DNA of 64,000 nt from Bilabrum cf. latius (Eukaryota): positions 124,001-188,000 of the forward strand of contig OZ237762.1 in assembly GCA_965178125.1 (NCBI GenBank), in the 5' to 3' direction. A model generated the notes under the pieces. The model had not been told where the DNA came from. It searched no databases and worked only from the letters and a program-made list of their open reading frames with translations. Position numbers and translations under genes: made by a program. Positions 1 to 12,006 of the stretch are shown here, piece by piece; position 1 is the stretch's first letter; each line of letters begins with the position of its first letter.

Positions 1-1623
1 AAGGATTATATTGTCTTTTTAGATGAGTTTAATAGTATCTTAGAACACTGTTTAAGTTCTACGACTTTATATGGTAGGCGACCAATGAGTTTCATTACTC
101 TTATTCGTGCTCTTACCACTTGTAAGTAGTTCATAGTAGCAGATGCTGACTTATCTCAAGATGCTCTATATTTCTTAGAATTATTAAAATTAGATTATCA
201 ATATATTAGGAATGACAGAAACAGGTTCAAGGGCACCAAAACTGTATTTGTTAATGACGAACAGACTTTTAGAGATGAGTTAATGAAACACAAGAAATTT
301 ATGCTTGCTAGTGATAGTAAGACAAAAGCTGATATAATCAATGAGTTAATTAGTCTTAAAATTATAGATAACGAGAAAGATAAGAAATTAAATAAAATCT
401 TAATACTTACAGCAGAAAGCGAAGACAAAGACTATGATATGGATATGTTTGATATCATTATCTTCTCACCTAAAGTCATTTACGGGATAGATAGCACTAT
501 GACTAGACCAGTCTTTGGTTATTTCAAAGGTCATACTATCACACCTCCCCAAATGGTTCAATAGCTTAACAGATGTAGAAACCCATCACATATCACTATA
601 TTTTTTGATTACTAGAAAGGACGATCTAGCACATATGAAAGTCTTTCACAAGTTAAATCTTTTATGGCTACCTCTTTAAAAGACTACGAAGAATTAGTTA
701 AATTTGTCAGTGATACATATCCCGACTTCAACGAGGTAGAAGTAGAAGACAAAGTAGAAGAAGAAATGAGCAAAGTTAAAATCATATTCAAAAAACTATA
801 TCGTAATTATCTTTACAAGGTAGATTGTTATAAGACAAACCCTAAATTACATATGATCAAGTAGTTAATTGATACCGGTTATGACGTGTCTTATGATTTA
901 TCTGTTAAGATCACCAGATGTAAGGATAAAGAAATCAAAGATACCATTAAAGAAAAACAACTTGAAAATTTTGATATTAATTGTCTTAATGTCAAGAAGA
1001 TTAATAAATATTTAGACTTAGATGAAGGTGATATTGACAAATACAAAGAGTACTTTATTAATAAAGGTAAGTTATCTAATTTATTTAATTTCAATAAATT
1101 CTTTAGACAAGATGATAAGCACTTACTTGTGAAAGCAATTAATAAAGGCGAGTTTGATATTATCAATGCTAAGTCTAGTTCTAGAAAATTAGTCTTACTT
1201 AATAAGATGATTGATACTTTAGGTCTTAAAAGAACTAATCTTGATTATAATATCAAAAAGAAAGTATTAGATCAAGACTTAACAGATGAATATAGGACAG
1301 TGTATGACTGCCAAAGAAGAAGTAAAGTTGACTTATCCACTGATAAAGGTCTTTATTACGAAATACTTAAAGTATATAAATCAATGTTTGGGAAAGACAT
1401 ATTTATGACTTGTAAGAAAAAGAAAATTAACTATGATGTAGAATTTAATTAGGATATTATTGATGAGATGGAATATATCTGGTCTAACAAGAAAAAGACT
1501 CGTGAAGTAGATATATTTGTTGATGATGAAGAGGTTCAATTACCCGATGAAGAGATAGAGGTTGACTTAGACCCCGCTTTATTTGTTGATGAGGATAATG
1601 ATCCACTAGAACAACAAAATTAA
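1..1623 (+). CDS. SF2 helicase, origin-binding-protein (herpes UL9-like) type; 5'-truncated; TAG=Gln
   Basis: Frame 1 is open from base 1 to TAA 1621-1623 except TAGs at 127, 562, 613, 862 and 1450. Motifs: YIVFLDEFNS (Walker B), CK*FIVADAD, FSPKVIYGID, QMVQ*LNRCR. Confidence 0.8.
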
Positions 1624-1685
1624 ATTATGACTTATTAATAAAAAACTTAATAAGACTTAATAATACATACCTTATATAAAATGAC

Positions 1686-2036
1686 TTAGTGGTCTCTTTT
1701 TGTCTTTTTAATTTTTTCTTCTCTCTTCTTCCTTTCACATTCACTTCTTTCAACACGATACATCAGCTCCTAGACGTGTTTCACTTGCTCTTCATATTCT
1801 AACTGTTCCAATGTACTTTCGAGTTTCTTGATAATATTGTCGAATTTAAAACTAAAGACATTCTAACGATAACCATCACCTTTGTCTTTTGGTTTCATCC
1901 ATACATATTTATCAAAGTGATTCTCAATACTTTTACCTATACTACTGACTACATCATCGACACCTACACCTTTAACAAGACATTCATCTATAAAATTTTG
2001 AGATAGTTCAATTTTGATATCTTCTTTATCTGACAT
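1686..2036 (-). CDS. Hypothetical viral protein, 116 aa (2 in-frame TAG)
   Basis: ATG 2036 follows the CGCCAAAAAATATCCACTATATATATA motif; reads through TAGs to TAA at 1686. Confidence 0.65.
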
Positions 2037-2037
2037 T

Positions 2038-2066
2038 ACTATATATATAGTGGATATTTTTTGGCG
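2038..2066 (-). promoter_or_regulatory. Putative viral promoter motif (CGCCAAAAAATAT)CCACTATATATATA; also at ~3088-3114, 13536-13564, 14507-14520 and 17091-17107
   Basis: Recurs within a few bases upstream of five ATGs (2036, 3084, 13568, 14501, 17087). Confidence 0.6.
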
Positions 2067-2204
2067 AAAGTAATAAACTAGTCTTAAGATATGACCGCCC
2101 GAAATTGCGGTAATATTATAGCTATTTAAGATATATTTCCGCAATTCTGGGCGCGTAGGTGTATTGAATTTTTAAATTTATTTGAATATAATATTTTTTA
2201 CCTC

Positions 2205-2527
2205 TTGGTGCGTTGTGGTCTTGGTCTAGTGATATCGTGATTGTTTCACAAAGTCAAGGTCGTGGGTTCGATTCCCGCCACTGACATCGCCGTAAGTCGT
2301 TCTGTAAGTCATTTTCATGACAAAGCACACGTCTTGCAAGTCTTTGAAGGGAGTTTGGATACTGTAGAAGTAGTCGTAAGTGGTTGTAGCAGACTTAGTC
2401 GTAAGACTTAATAGGGTTTCAGGTGCATCAGTTCACATTCTGGCCCCGCTACAACAATGACTTACGAATGACTTCGCCAAGTAGTCAAACCATCGGTATA
2501 ATTACTAGCTCAAAGAATTTTTTTTTT
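2205..2527 (+). ncRNA. tRNA-like, putative Pol III structured RNA
   Basis: A-box-like TGGTCTAGTG at 2222; T-arm GTGGG-TTCGATT-CCCGC at 2262-2278; imperfect long inverted repeat at ~2294-2313/2456-2474; T-run at 2518-2527; locally higher GC; no ORF. Confidence 0.55.
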
Positions 2528-2661
2528 ATTACATAGATATGACTTAATATTAATAACTTTATTATTAAGACATATGACCGCCCGAAATTGCGGTAATATT
2601 ATAGCTATTTAAGATATATTTCCGCAATTCTGGGCGCGTACCCGTATTGAGTTTTTAATAA

Positions 2662-3084
2662 TTAATCCATATTAGGGGGTTTCTTATACACGCTAGCAGG
2701 ATCAAAAATATCCACTGGAAAGTCTGCTTTGTGCCATCCCCATACTACTTTATAAATATCTGTGCTCGTGTCGTGTTCAACTTTATGATAAAAAATACAA
2801 TCATAAGCAATACCATTCTAATTACGCACCTCTTGCTCCATCTCTTCAATTATCTATCCTACCTTTAACTTTGTAAAGCCTCCTTCACTTACATATGTCT
2901 TTATATGACCTCTATTATTTACTTGTATCTAATCTTTATCTATTACAATGTCTTCAGGATCTCCTTCAAGTTCATCATCTAAGTAAACCTTTTGAGATTT
3001 AAGTGTTGGGTCTTCTCTATGTGGTAAGAATAAGAATGAATACTCCATATAAAGTAAGTCTTCACACGGTGATACTGCTGCCAT
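2662..3084 (-). CDS. Hypothetical viral protein, 140 aa (3 in-frame TAG)
   Basis: ATG 3084 has the same upstream motif as the ORF starting at 2036; ends at TAA 2662; bracketed by palindromic repeats. Confidence 0.7.
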
Positions 3085-3271
3085 AACTATATATATAGTG
3101 GATATTTTTTGGCGTAATATTTAAACTAGTCTTAAGGTATGACCGCCCCAAATTGCGGTAATATTATAGCTATTCAAGATATATTTTCGCAATTCTGGGC
3201 GCGTACCCGTATTGAGTTTTTAAATTTAGTCAATATTTATAACTTTTAAATATTAATTAATAATTTACGAC

Positions 3272-5158
3272 TCACATATTGAGCTACTTTCTAAGTTTCA
3301 TAAGTTGAGCCTTAGTTAGTTTCTTACCTCCACTGGTCAAAAGACTTCCACCACTAGTTAAAAGACCTGCTCCAACACGTTCAGCTAAGTCATTCACTTC
3401 ATCGGGTAAGTATTCACTTACTGCTTGTCTTGCTTTACGAAGAGCTGGTTTCACTTTATCAAATTTAGCTTTAGCGTTCTTTCCAAAGTCTACCACTTTA
3501 CGTCCTAAGTCTTTAGCTTTGTTAAAGGCTCTCTTAAAGAATTGCATCACTTTACGACGTCTTCCACCTAATACGTTCTTAGAGTAGTTCATATTAGAAA
3601 ATGTATAATTAGAAGGTTTAGCCACTTTCTCAGGGTCAACAGAAGCACTATCTTCACGCCATTCAATAGCGGCACCTCTAGTATTCACGATAATCTTGTC
3701 ATAGGCACAGAATAATTGAGCTTTATATCCTTGAGACATAGCAGCGGTTGGGGGTTCGTCATAGGCTACTTGAACACGAATACTAATAGGGTCAGCACTG
3801 TTGCTTTGAATAGTTTCAGGAGTATTTAAATCACTAAGTCTAAATAAGAGCCAGCCATTAGATCCGTATACTTTAGAAGCACCTCCTACAGTTACATCTA
3901 AGTTAGTAAAAGAAGCATACTCACTATTTGATCCATTTCTTTCACTAAGTCTAAAGATATCGTCTTGTGTAAGTTCTCCTAAAATAGAACCCTAAGACCT
4001 AAGTTGTACTTTAATATTGTTAATGGCAAGTGTTCTATGAGGTGTACCACTAGCTTCTCCATATTGAGAATCAACTAAGCACACAGCAAACCAAGAAGGG
4101 CAAGTCTAAAGTTGATAATTATTAAAAGTATGGACACCTTTAGTAGTGATAGGATTATCAAGTTTAGGCTCTTCATGTAGTTCAAAGTCAACAGAGTTGT
4201 AGAATATTTGTTTAGGTACTTTCTTCAAGAAGTTAAGATGAGTATTATAAGTAAAGACATCAAAATGGATCTAGCAATCGGATAAAGCAAAAGCATAGTC
4301 TCCATTCCAATCACTTGAAGTATTAAACATCTTATCAATTAAGTTATTTCTCATTTGTAAATTAACATTTAATTGTGGATGATCAACAAAAGGTCTAGCA
4401 TTACCACCCATCATATATTGGAAAGGACGTGCAAGAAGTGCTTCAGAGATTTCAATATGTAATTTGACATAGTCTTGAGTTGGTGTTACATTATTATTAG
4501 GTATTGGAGTATTAGCATCCACTTTTTCAAGTGTTGCGCGGTAATTCTTACCAGGACCGCGAGCTTCCATAATACTATCATCATTTACACCCCATTGAAG
4601 GACAGACTTAGCAAGACCATTTGCGGCAGTATTAAATTCCCAAGTGTTATCAGCCTAAAAGACAGGACTTATTTGTGCTAGAGTGGCACGGTCAAGACTT
4701 CTAGCTATTAAATTGACTAATTGATAAGGTGATGAACTACGAGATAAGTCTCCCATTTTAACTGTGGAACTTGTGATCATTGAATTTACCATAAATGTAG
4801 AAGGGGCTACCTTATTGACGATATCAGTTTGAGCTACTGCTCCATTGTTCTAACTATCATAGATGTATACGTCAAATGAAACTCTTAGACGGGGATTACT
4901 GTCAGTCATTCCTTGATTTGATGGCACGACAAAAGTGTAATTACTTCTAAATGCATTAGTTGCGCTAGAGTTACCACCATCTGGTTCATAGTGGTTTTGG
5001 AACTTGGAAGAGTATCCAAGGGTAGTTCCTAGAGTAATAGCTTGACTATCACCCACAAAGTTGAGTTTTTCGTCAGCTATTTGAGTTACTGGTAGTTCTG
5101 AGACGTCATCTACGACTTTGCTTTGTGCTGCTACAGGTACATTATCCATATCAGACAT
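3272..5158 (-). CDS. Virophage major capsid protein, 628 aa (TAG=Gln)
   Basis: Track ORFs 4850-5158, 4271-4570 and 3284-3739 are in one frame separated only by TAG. Virophage-MCP-like segments (ISEALLARPF, NNYQL*TCPSW, LSERNG) and a basic C-terminal tail with GG sites; TGA at 3272. Confidence 0.88.
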
Positions 5159-5200
5159 TATAAATATATTAAGACTAAAGATATTTATTTATTTTTTACT

Positions 5201-6127
5201 TTAAGTTATTAACTTTTTACTTTTAAATAGAGCTTTTATATTAAGTCCTTGTCCAAAAGTAAAGGGTATTTCGTATAAGTTTCCAAAAGTATCTCTAAAA
5301 TACGGTACTATACTATAACTATTAAATGCTGATCTATAGAACTATTGCCATCTATGATTTCCTCCACTACTAAAGTTTATTTTAATAAAACTCGTTCCTG
5401 TTGTATTGTCTATCTTGAAATCACTTAAGATATTTTCACTTTGTATCTCTGTACTAGATGTACTTTTATATGATGGCGTAAATTCTGGAAGTATTGGAAG
5501 TGATGGACTAATAATTTGAATATACTCCATAGTAGGAAACTAATCTAAGGTAGAAGCACTCTATTCATTATATCCATCTAATAGATTTATATAAGTATCA
5601 CTCTTGATGTCTTTACCTTCATCGTCATATTCAAATGTCTCAAATATAGAGAATAAAGGAAAGTTAAAACTTAAAGTCCACGCACTTGTAAAAGCCGCTA
5701 AACGGGTGAAACTAAAAGTTTTAGTCTTACCGTGATATTCAAATACTATACTATCAGTTGGAATACTAGCATCTCCACATAAATCACTAAGAGTATTATT
5801 AAATTCATTAGATAGGGTCTTAAGACTATAATATAACGGCTTAGTTAAGACAATATTACGAGTGTAAGTAGTTCCATCACTCTTCTTCACAAACGACATC
5901 TTATAAATTGACTAATTATCGCTATTCTTTACTTCTTTACTTGCTACAAATAAAGGAATACGACATTTAAGAGTCCATCGGTCAAGTGATAATAAGTAGT
6001 TTTGTGAATTTGTCAAGATATTACCTTGACGCTGTTCATGTATTGATACTGGTCTATTAGTATTAATAGATGTTATAGTATCCTATGAGTTAATATAAAA
6101 GATATCTGGTTCTTGAATCTCCACCAT
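5201..6127 (-). CDS. Virophage penton (minor capsid) protein, 308 aa
   Basis: Lies directly upstream of the MCP. Motifs: NYLLSLDRW..RIPLFV, IISPSLPILPE, NILSDF, RDTFGNLYEI, IKALFKSK. Several in-frame TAG; TAA at 5201. Confidence 0.82.
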
Positions 6128-6487
6128 TCTATAACATTTATCAAGAAAATAAGTCTTGTCTAATGCCCCAAATTGCGGTAATATTATAGCTATTTAAGAT
6201 ATATTTCCGCAATTCTGGGCGCGTACCCGTATTGACTTTTTAAAAAAGTTTTTATTAATTATTTGACTCATTGAAAAAATCCAATATTCCGAAATTTTAA
6301 AAATTTAGTATCTTAAGATATAGTATAATACCAGCGCCCCAAATTGCGATAATATATTAGGATATTAAGATATATTTCCGCAATTCTGGGCGCGTACCCG
6401 TATTCATTTTTATATTTTAGTCTTTTTAATATGGCCACCTTATAGATATCAATTTTCAATATCTAAAAATTTATGGTATATGTCATA

Positions 6488-7036
6488 TTAACTAATTATC
6501 AAAGTAATAAGTTCATCATTATCTAGTCCTCCTCCATACTTTTTAAAAGCCTTCTTTAATTGACTATTAAACTAATCATTCGTCAAGTGATGGAATAATA
6601 TCCTGAGCACACACCACCTCCCGCATGTGGCAGAGTTATTTGATATTAATTGATTCTTTTGATTTGAATAGTCAACATTAATACCAGCATCTAATACGTG
6701 ATCTATTAGAAGACTACTTCTATCATATAGCTTCTATGGGTCTATGACTCCTCCTACGACTGGAATATGAGTATCAGGTAATTGACCATAACTATCCCAA
6801 AAATAAAGAGTATTCTTTGATTTATTAAATATGACCGCAGTATAATGACCGCTCATTGTTGCTCCTTCTACTAAGTTAGGATAATAAAGGACAAATAAAG
6901 GATTTTCATCTAGAAATTGTCTGATGTTATTAGTATCACTTATTTCTTCATACATTATAACTGGTATATGCTACTTTGTAAATGTAAAGTATAGTCTTTG
7001 TACCTCTTCAGGACTTAATGCAGTGGTTATATCCAT
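6488..7036 (-). CDS. Virophage maturation cysteine protease, 182 aa
   Basis: Catalytic triad motifs SGHYTAV, FWDSYG and ATCGRWCVLR; reads through TAGs to TAA at 6488. Confidence 0.88.
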
Positions 7037-7055
7037 ATACTTAATACTAAGAAAA

Positions 7056-8123
7056 TTAATATACGAACATCTATTTAGGACAAGTGATAAAATTATACGT
7101 CTTATTAATACATAGCCATCTATTACCTTCTCCAAACAATTTATAAACACGATTTATAAGACTTGCATCAAATCCTAAATATGCTTTCATTAAATATTTG
7201 CTAAATTTCCATAGATTTCTCTTAAATAAAATAATATTATGACTTTCCATGACTATTGACCTAGTATTCGCATAATCATTCGTTAAATGACTTATAACTA
7301 TCATATTTGTTGAGCTATGTCTTCCAACTTCACCTATACGCTTAATTAAGAATAACGCCCTCTACTTTTTATCCCCGTTTAAGGCTTCATAATCATCAAA
7401 TACCACCACAGAAGGACCCTATTTTGCCCATTCTTCATACAATGGAGTAGTGGTAAATGATGCCTTAGTCTTGTCTTTACTTGTTGGTTTCATTCTTTCT
7501 ATCTCTATCTCTCTTTTAATTAATTCATGAGGTTCTAATGACTTCTTTTCCTACCTAAAGAATATCTTTTCTTCTTTATATTTCCTCATTAAGTCATCAT
7601 AACTATCGTTTCTATCTACTGCTACTAATTTATCAATATCAATAAAATTACCATATTTTAAATAAGTTGGATTTGTTTCCTGTACTGGTGTAATGACTAA
7701 AACCCTCTTCTTTGGAATGAACATATGATAATACTTGAGTAAAGACTTAGCAATATAAGACTTACCAGCACCAGCCTAACCACTTAAATAGTGTATTTGT
7801 CTTTTGGTCTCATCATCAAAGAATGGGACTATTTCAAACTAACTCTTATCATCTATTCTTAACTCGTTAGTCTTTCTAACTAGTTTTTTATTTCCATTCA
7901 CTAGCTTACACATCTCTTCACGTAATGCTTTTTTATTCTTCTCATATTTAATTGCTCTCTTTCCATAATACTCTTCAAGTAAATCATCACTTATATCTTC
8001 TGGAGTTATGACTTTTTCCCCTACATCTTCACTAAAAAAGACGCTTTTGTTCCTCTTCTTGTGCTTGTATTCTCTTAAAGCAACTAAATGACTATTTGGT
8101 ATTTCATCGTATGATAATGACAT
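7056..8123 (-). CDS. FtsK/HerA-family (A32-like) DNA packaging ATPase, 355 aa
   Basis: Walker A G*AGAGKS (TAG at 7776-7778), Walker B VVVFDDYE, VGRH motif; TAA at 7056. Confidence 0.9.
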
Positions 8124-8268
8124 TATATACTATATGTTAATATTTATTATTTTTCTAATAATAAGTGGGTTTAAAAGGTATATTGTGAGAAGTAGCCATT
8201 TCAAATATTCATTTTAGAGTGCACAGTCTTAAGAATATGATTAAAATATCATATAAATATATAGAATT

Positions 8269-8790
8269 ATGGATCACAAACTTCTAATTTCAAAAAGATA
8301 TATTAAATCATTTTATAAGTACTCATGTAAAGTTAATTAGTACTATAAGAAAGCAGAAGAGTAGCGTAATATGATGACAACTGATAGAGTAGATTGCTAT
8401 ACTAATTATATGACTTGTCTGCTAATTGCTCGTAAGTATAGAGAATGTATTATCAATTGCAGTAAAAAGTACTATTGTGATATGAACTTTACGTTAAATG
8501 ATAACGGATATGTATCGTCTTCTTTGGATCACTTGAAAACACTTAACTTTGACTATGCTAATTCAATGAAAATAAATGAATGTATAGAACAATTTAAACA
8601 ATCCGTTGAGTGGGAAAGGTTATTTAAAAAAGACTTTTTTCAAATGTAGTTAATTTATGAATATCTAAAAATTTTCAGACTTAAGTGCTATTTACATGAC
8701 ATACGACCAGATAATCCCCTCCATCCGACAGAAACAGTTAATAAACTTAACGAAGAAGACATTGACGAGCTATTTTATAGTGACTGGTGA
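8269..8790 (+). CDS. Hypothetical viral protein, 173 aa
   Basis: ATG 8269, three in-frame TAG, TGA at 8788-8790 immediately before a palindromic repeat. Confidence 0.65.
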
Positions 8791-8984
8791 GACGACCGCC
8801 CCAAATTGCGGTAATATTATAGCTATTTAAGATATATTTCTGCAATTCTGGGCGCGTAGGCTGTTAGAGGTTTTACATTTTCGGGTCAATCTAATGAAAA
8901 TCTCACAATATAGGGCGCCCCAAATTGCGGAAATATATAAGTATCAAGAAAATTATGTCTGCAATTCTGGGCGTTTAGGTGTAT

Positions 8985-9803
8985 TCAATTATGTGAAACT
9001 AATTTAACGACCCTTTTATTGAGCTAGTCTTCTAAATATTTAATTATAATACTTACATCTTTACTATTGAACGTATTAAAGTATTGATATACTGGTTTAA
9101 TAAGTCCTAATTTACGTACATCATTCTTAAGTCTATCAATAACTCTATTTTTTAATTTAAATGGAACTGTTGGAAGTAATAAACTTTTTAATCTTGTAAT
9201 AGTCAAGTAAAGAAAGCCTACATCGGGATTCTTTATAAGTTGTTCAATCTCTTCCTGTTTCTTCTTTTGCCCTAATTCGTCATATATAACATCTAGTCTT
9301 TTTAATATCTTGAAATATTTTCGTTCTTTTTGTAAGTCTTTTATGTCATCTATCATCCTATCTGCTACTTGTTTAGGCTTCATTTTCAATATCTTACCTC
9401 CAATATCATATAATATACTAACCTCTTCAATATATCCAGTATAGACCCAACTTTCAACGAATATCATAGGATTATTCTACTATTTTAAAGATTTTAATAT
9501 TTTAGGTCTATTAGTATCAAGAAATGTATCTAAAGAGACGCCATTATCATCATATTCAACGTTATAAATATGTATTAATCTACTACCTCTTAAGGTCTTT
9601 AATTCATTTATAACACTATTGACATCAGACAATTTAACGGGAGAGTATAGGTCTATGTCTCCAGCCCAAAGTGAAAGCATATTATGAGTAAATGAATATG
9701 AACCATTTAAATAAATATCACTTCTATTTATTTTAAAAGACTTGAATATCTTATTATCAAATCGTGAATAATACTTTAGCTACTACTTTGTTAATTTAAC
9801 CAT
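8985..9803 (-). CDS. Putative nucleotidyltransferase-fold protein, 272 aa
   Basis: NGS-x13-DID motif (NGSYSFTHNMLSLWAGDIDLY); joins track ORFs 9480-9680 and 9024-9467 through TAGs; TGA at 8985. Confidence 0.6.
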
Positions 9804-9837
9804 ATATTAATAAGAAATATTATAGTTCTTTATTATA

Positions 9838-10281
9838 ATGGACGATTTCATAAGACAAAGACTATAGCAACTAGGTAAATCACCCTCTAATGCCAAAGTC
9901 AACAATTTAAAAGACGAATTTAAGCAAAAACTACTTGAATTATTTGAAGACTATCAAATGAATGGTGTTCAAGGTGGTTCAAAAGTTGGACGCTTTTTTA
10001 AAAAAGTAGGTCGTAAATTCAAGAAAGTAGGGCGAACAATTAAAAAAGGTATTAAAAGTAATGTAGGAAAGGCAATACGAACAGGTCTTAAGTTTGTAGC
10101 CCCTGAAGTTGGTGTCCCTCTTGATGCTGCACTTAAGACTGTAGGACTTGGAAAGGCTAAGCGTAAGAGGAAACCTAATCCAAAAGCTAAAGCAAGAGGT
10201 AAATTAGTGAGTGCGGTAATGAAGAAGTATGGCGTAAGTCTAGGAGAAGCAAGTAAAATATTAAAAGAAAATGGTATGTAA
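9838..10281 (+). CDS. Basic putative virion core / DNA-condensing protein, 147 aa
   Basis: K/R-rich after VQGG|S (possible protease site); C-terminus RGKLVSAVMKKYGVSLGEASKILKENGM; TAA stop. Confidence 0.65.
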
Positions 10282-10320
10282 ATTTAATAATATTATCTAT
10301 TATCATAATATAATTATACG

Positions 10321-11763
10321 ATGTCTAAAAAAAAAACAGCAGTATTGGAAGACTTACTCGATGGACTTGTGGAAAGTAGAGCCCCTACAAGTCAAGCAAG
10401 ACGAAAGGTAAGAAACGAAGAGAGAGCCATAAGAGCAGCTATAGGAGAAGCTAAACGAAAACAAAAAATTCAATTAGAAGAGGACTTTATGCCATTAGAA
10501 GAAAAGAGAAAATTAAAAAGAATAGCAAATCTTATGAAAAGGACTTTAAAAAGAGTTAAAGATAACAGTAAGAAAGGTAAAAAGTATAAAGTAGCAGATA
10601 TAGATCAAGTTGTAAGACTAGCTAAAGATAATGAACTACTTGATGAAGATGCTGAAGCTATTGCTAAGATGATATAGAATATTCCATATATGAACTCATC
10701 TAATACTCTATTTCAAAAAGGTAAAGCTGAGTCAAAACTTAACGACGCATTAAATAACTTATTTATTGAAGCAGAAGAGATAGACAATTTACCTAAAGAT
10801 GTCAAAGACTTAGAGAATGACTTAACAGTAGACTAGTTGAAGAAGTTTCTTAAAGAGAGAGGTGTAAGTGATTCAACTTTAAATGGTCTCTCTAAGGCTC
10901 AACTTAATTCAATGGCATCAAGACTTGTAAAAGTTAGACAAAGAGCAAAAGGAACACAAATAGTACCTCTATTAGAAAGATTAGGAGATAAAAAGTCAAA
11001 AGGCTATGCTTTGGAACGATTACGAAGCCAAACTGATCGAGTTAAACTAAAAAGAGATGTACTTAATAAAAGAATGGAAGCAATAAATGATATTTATAAA
11101 ACAAAAGCCACATCTAAAGCACCAGTACTAAAAGATAGACTTAAAGCACTATTAGGTGATGAATATGATGGTGTGCCAATAGATGATATGTAGTATTATG
11201 ATTTATAGAGCTTATTTCAAGATATTAAGACTGGAAGACAATCGGGACTTGACAGTAAAACTAGATTTGTAAATTTAAATAGAATCAAGTTTGATGACGC
11301 AAAGAAAGATATTGAAAGACAATTATCACTAAGAAAAAGACAACCAAACCCATTTAGTCGTGCAGAACCGTCAGGAACTCCACTTAAAGAAAGACTTAGA
11401 CGAGCTAAGGAAAAAGATCCAGACTTACGAAGAGAAGCCGCATTAAGTGATGTAATGAATGAAGCTGCTGAATAGATAGCAAGAGGTAATGAACCTTTAG
11501 ATGATGAGACAGAAGGGACACTATTAGAAAGACAACCAGATGGAGAATTTGTAGCAAGCGATGCAGGTGAAGATCTTGGTAAAGGTCAAGAAGCAAGAAC
11601 AAGAGCAGCACGAGCAGCACAAGAACGGGAAGAACAAGAACAAGAAGCACAAGGTCAATCATCTAGTGGAGCAAGTGAAAGTAAGACTGGTGAAGGTTCA
11701 GGTCTTAATAAGAGACTTGATACTCTAATATCTTGGTTAGATTCAAGATTAAGAAGTCTTTAA
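10321..11763 (+). CDS. Charged helical protein with a SAP-like motif, 480 aa
   Basis: Single frame broken only by TAG; LTVD*LKKFLKERGV resembles the SAP consensus; TAA at 11761. Confidence 0.7.
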
Positions 11764-12006
11764 ATGGTATATACTATAATATTTTAATTTAAAAATATTA
11801 CATTGTAAGAGGTGGCTATATTAAAAATGACTAAATTATAAAAATCAATACGCCTACGCGCCCAGAATTGCGGAAATATATCTTAATATCCTAATATATT
11901 ATCGCAATTTGGGGCGCTAGTATTATACTATATCTTATACTACTAACTTTTTAAAATCTCGTAATTTAAAAAAAAAATATCTAGTCTAGCTAATATAATA
12001 TAAGTA

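Noticed and set aside
2212-2286. Canonical tRNA, or a CUA suppressor tRNA explaining the recoding
   Set aside because: The loop contains no CTA anticodon, and the acceptor and anticodon stems do not fit a standard cloverleaf.
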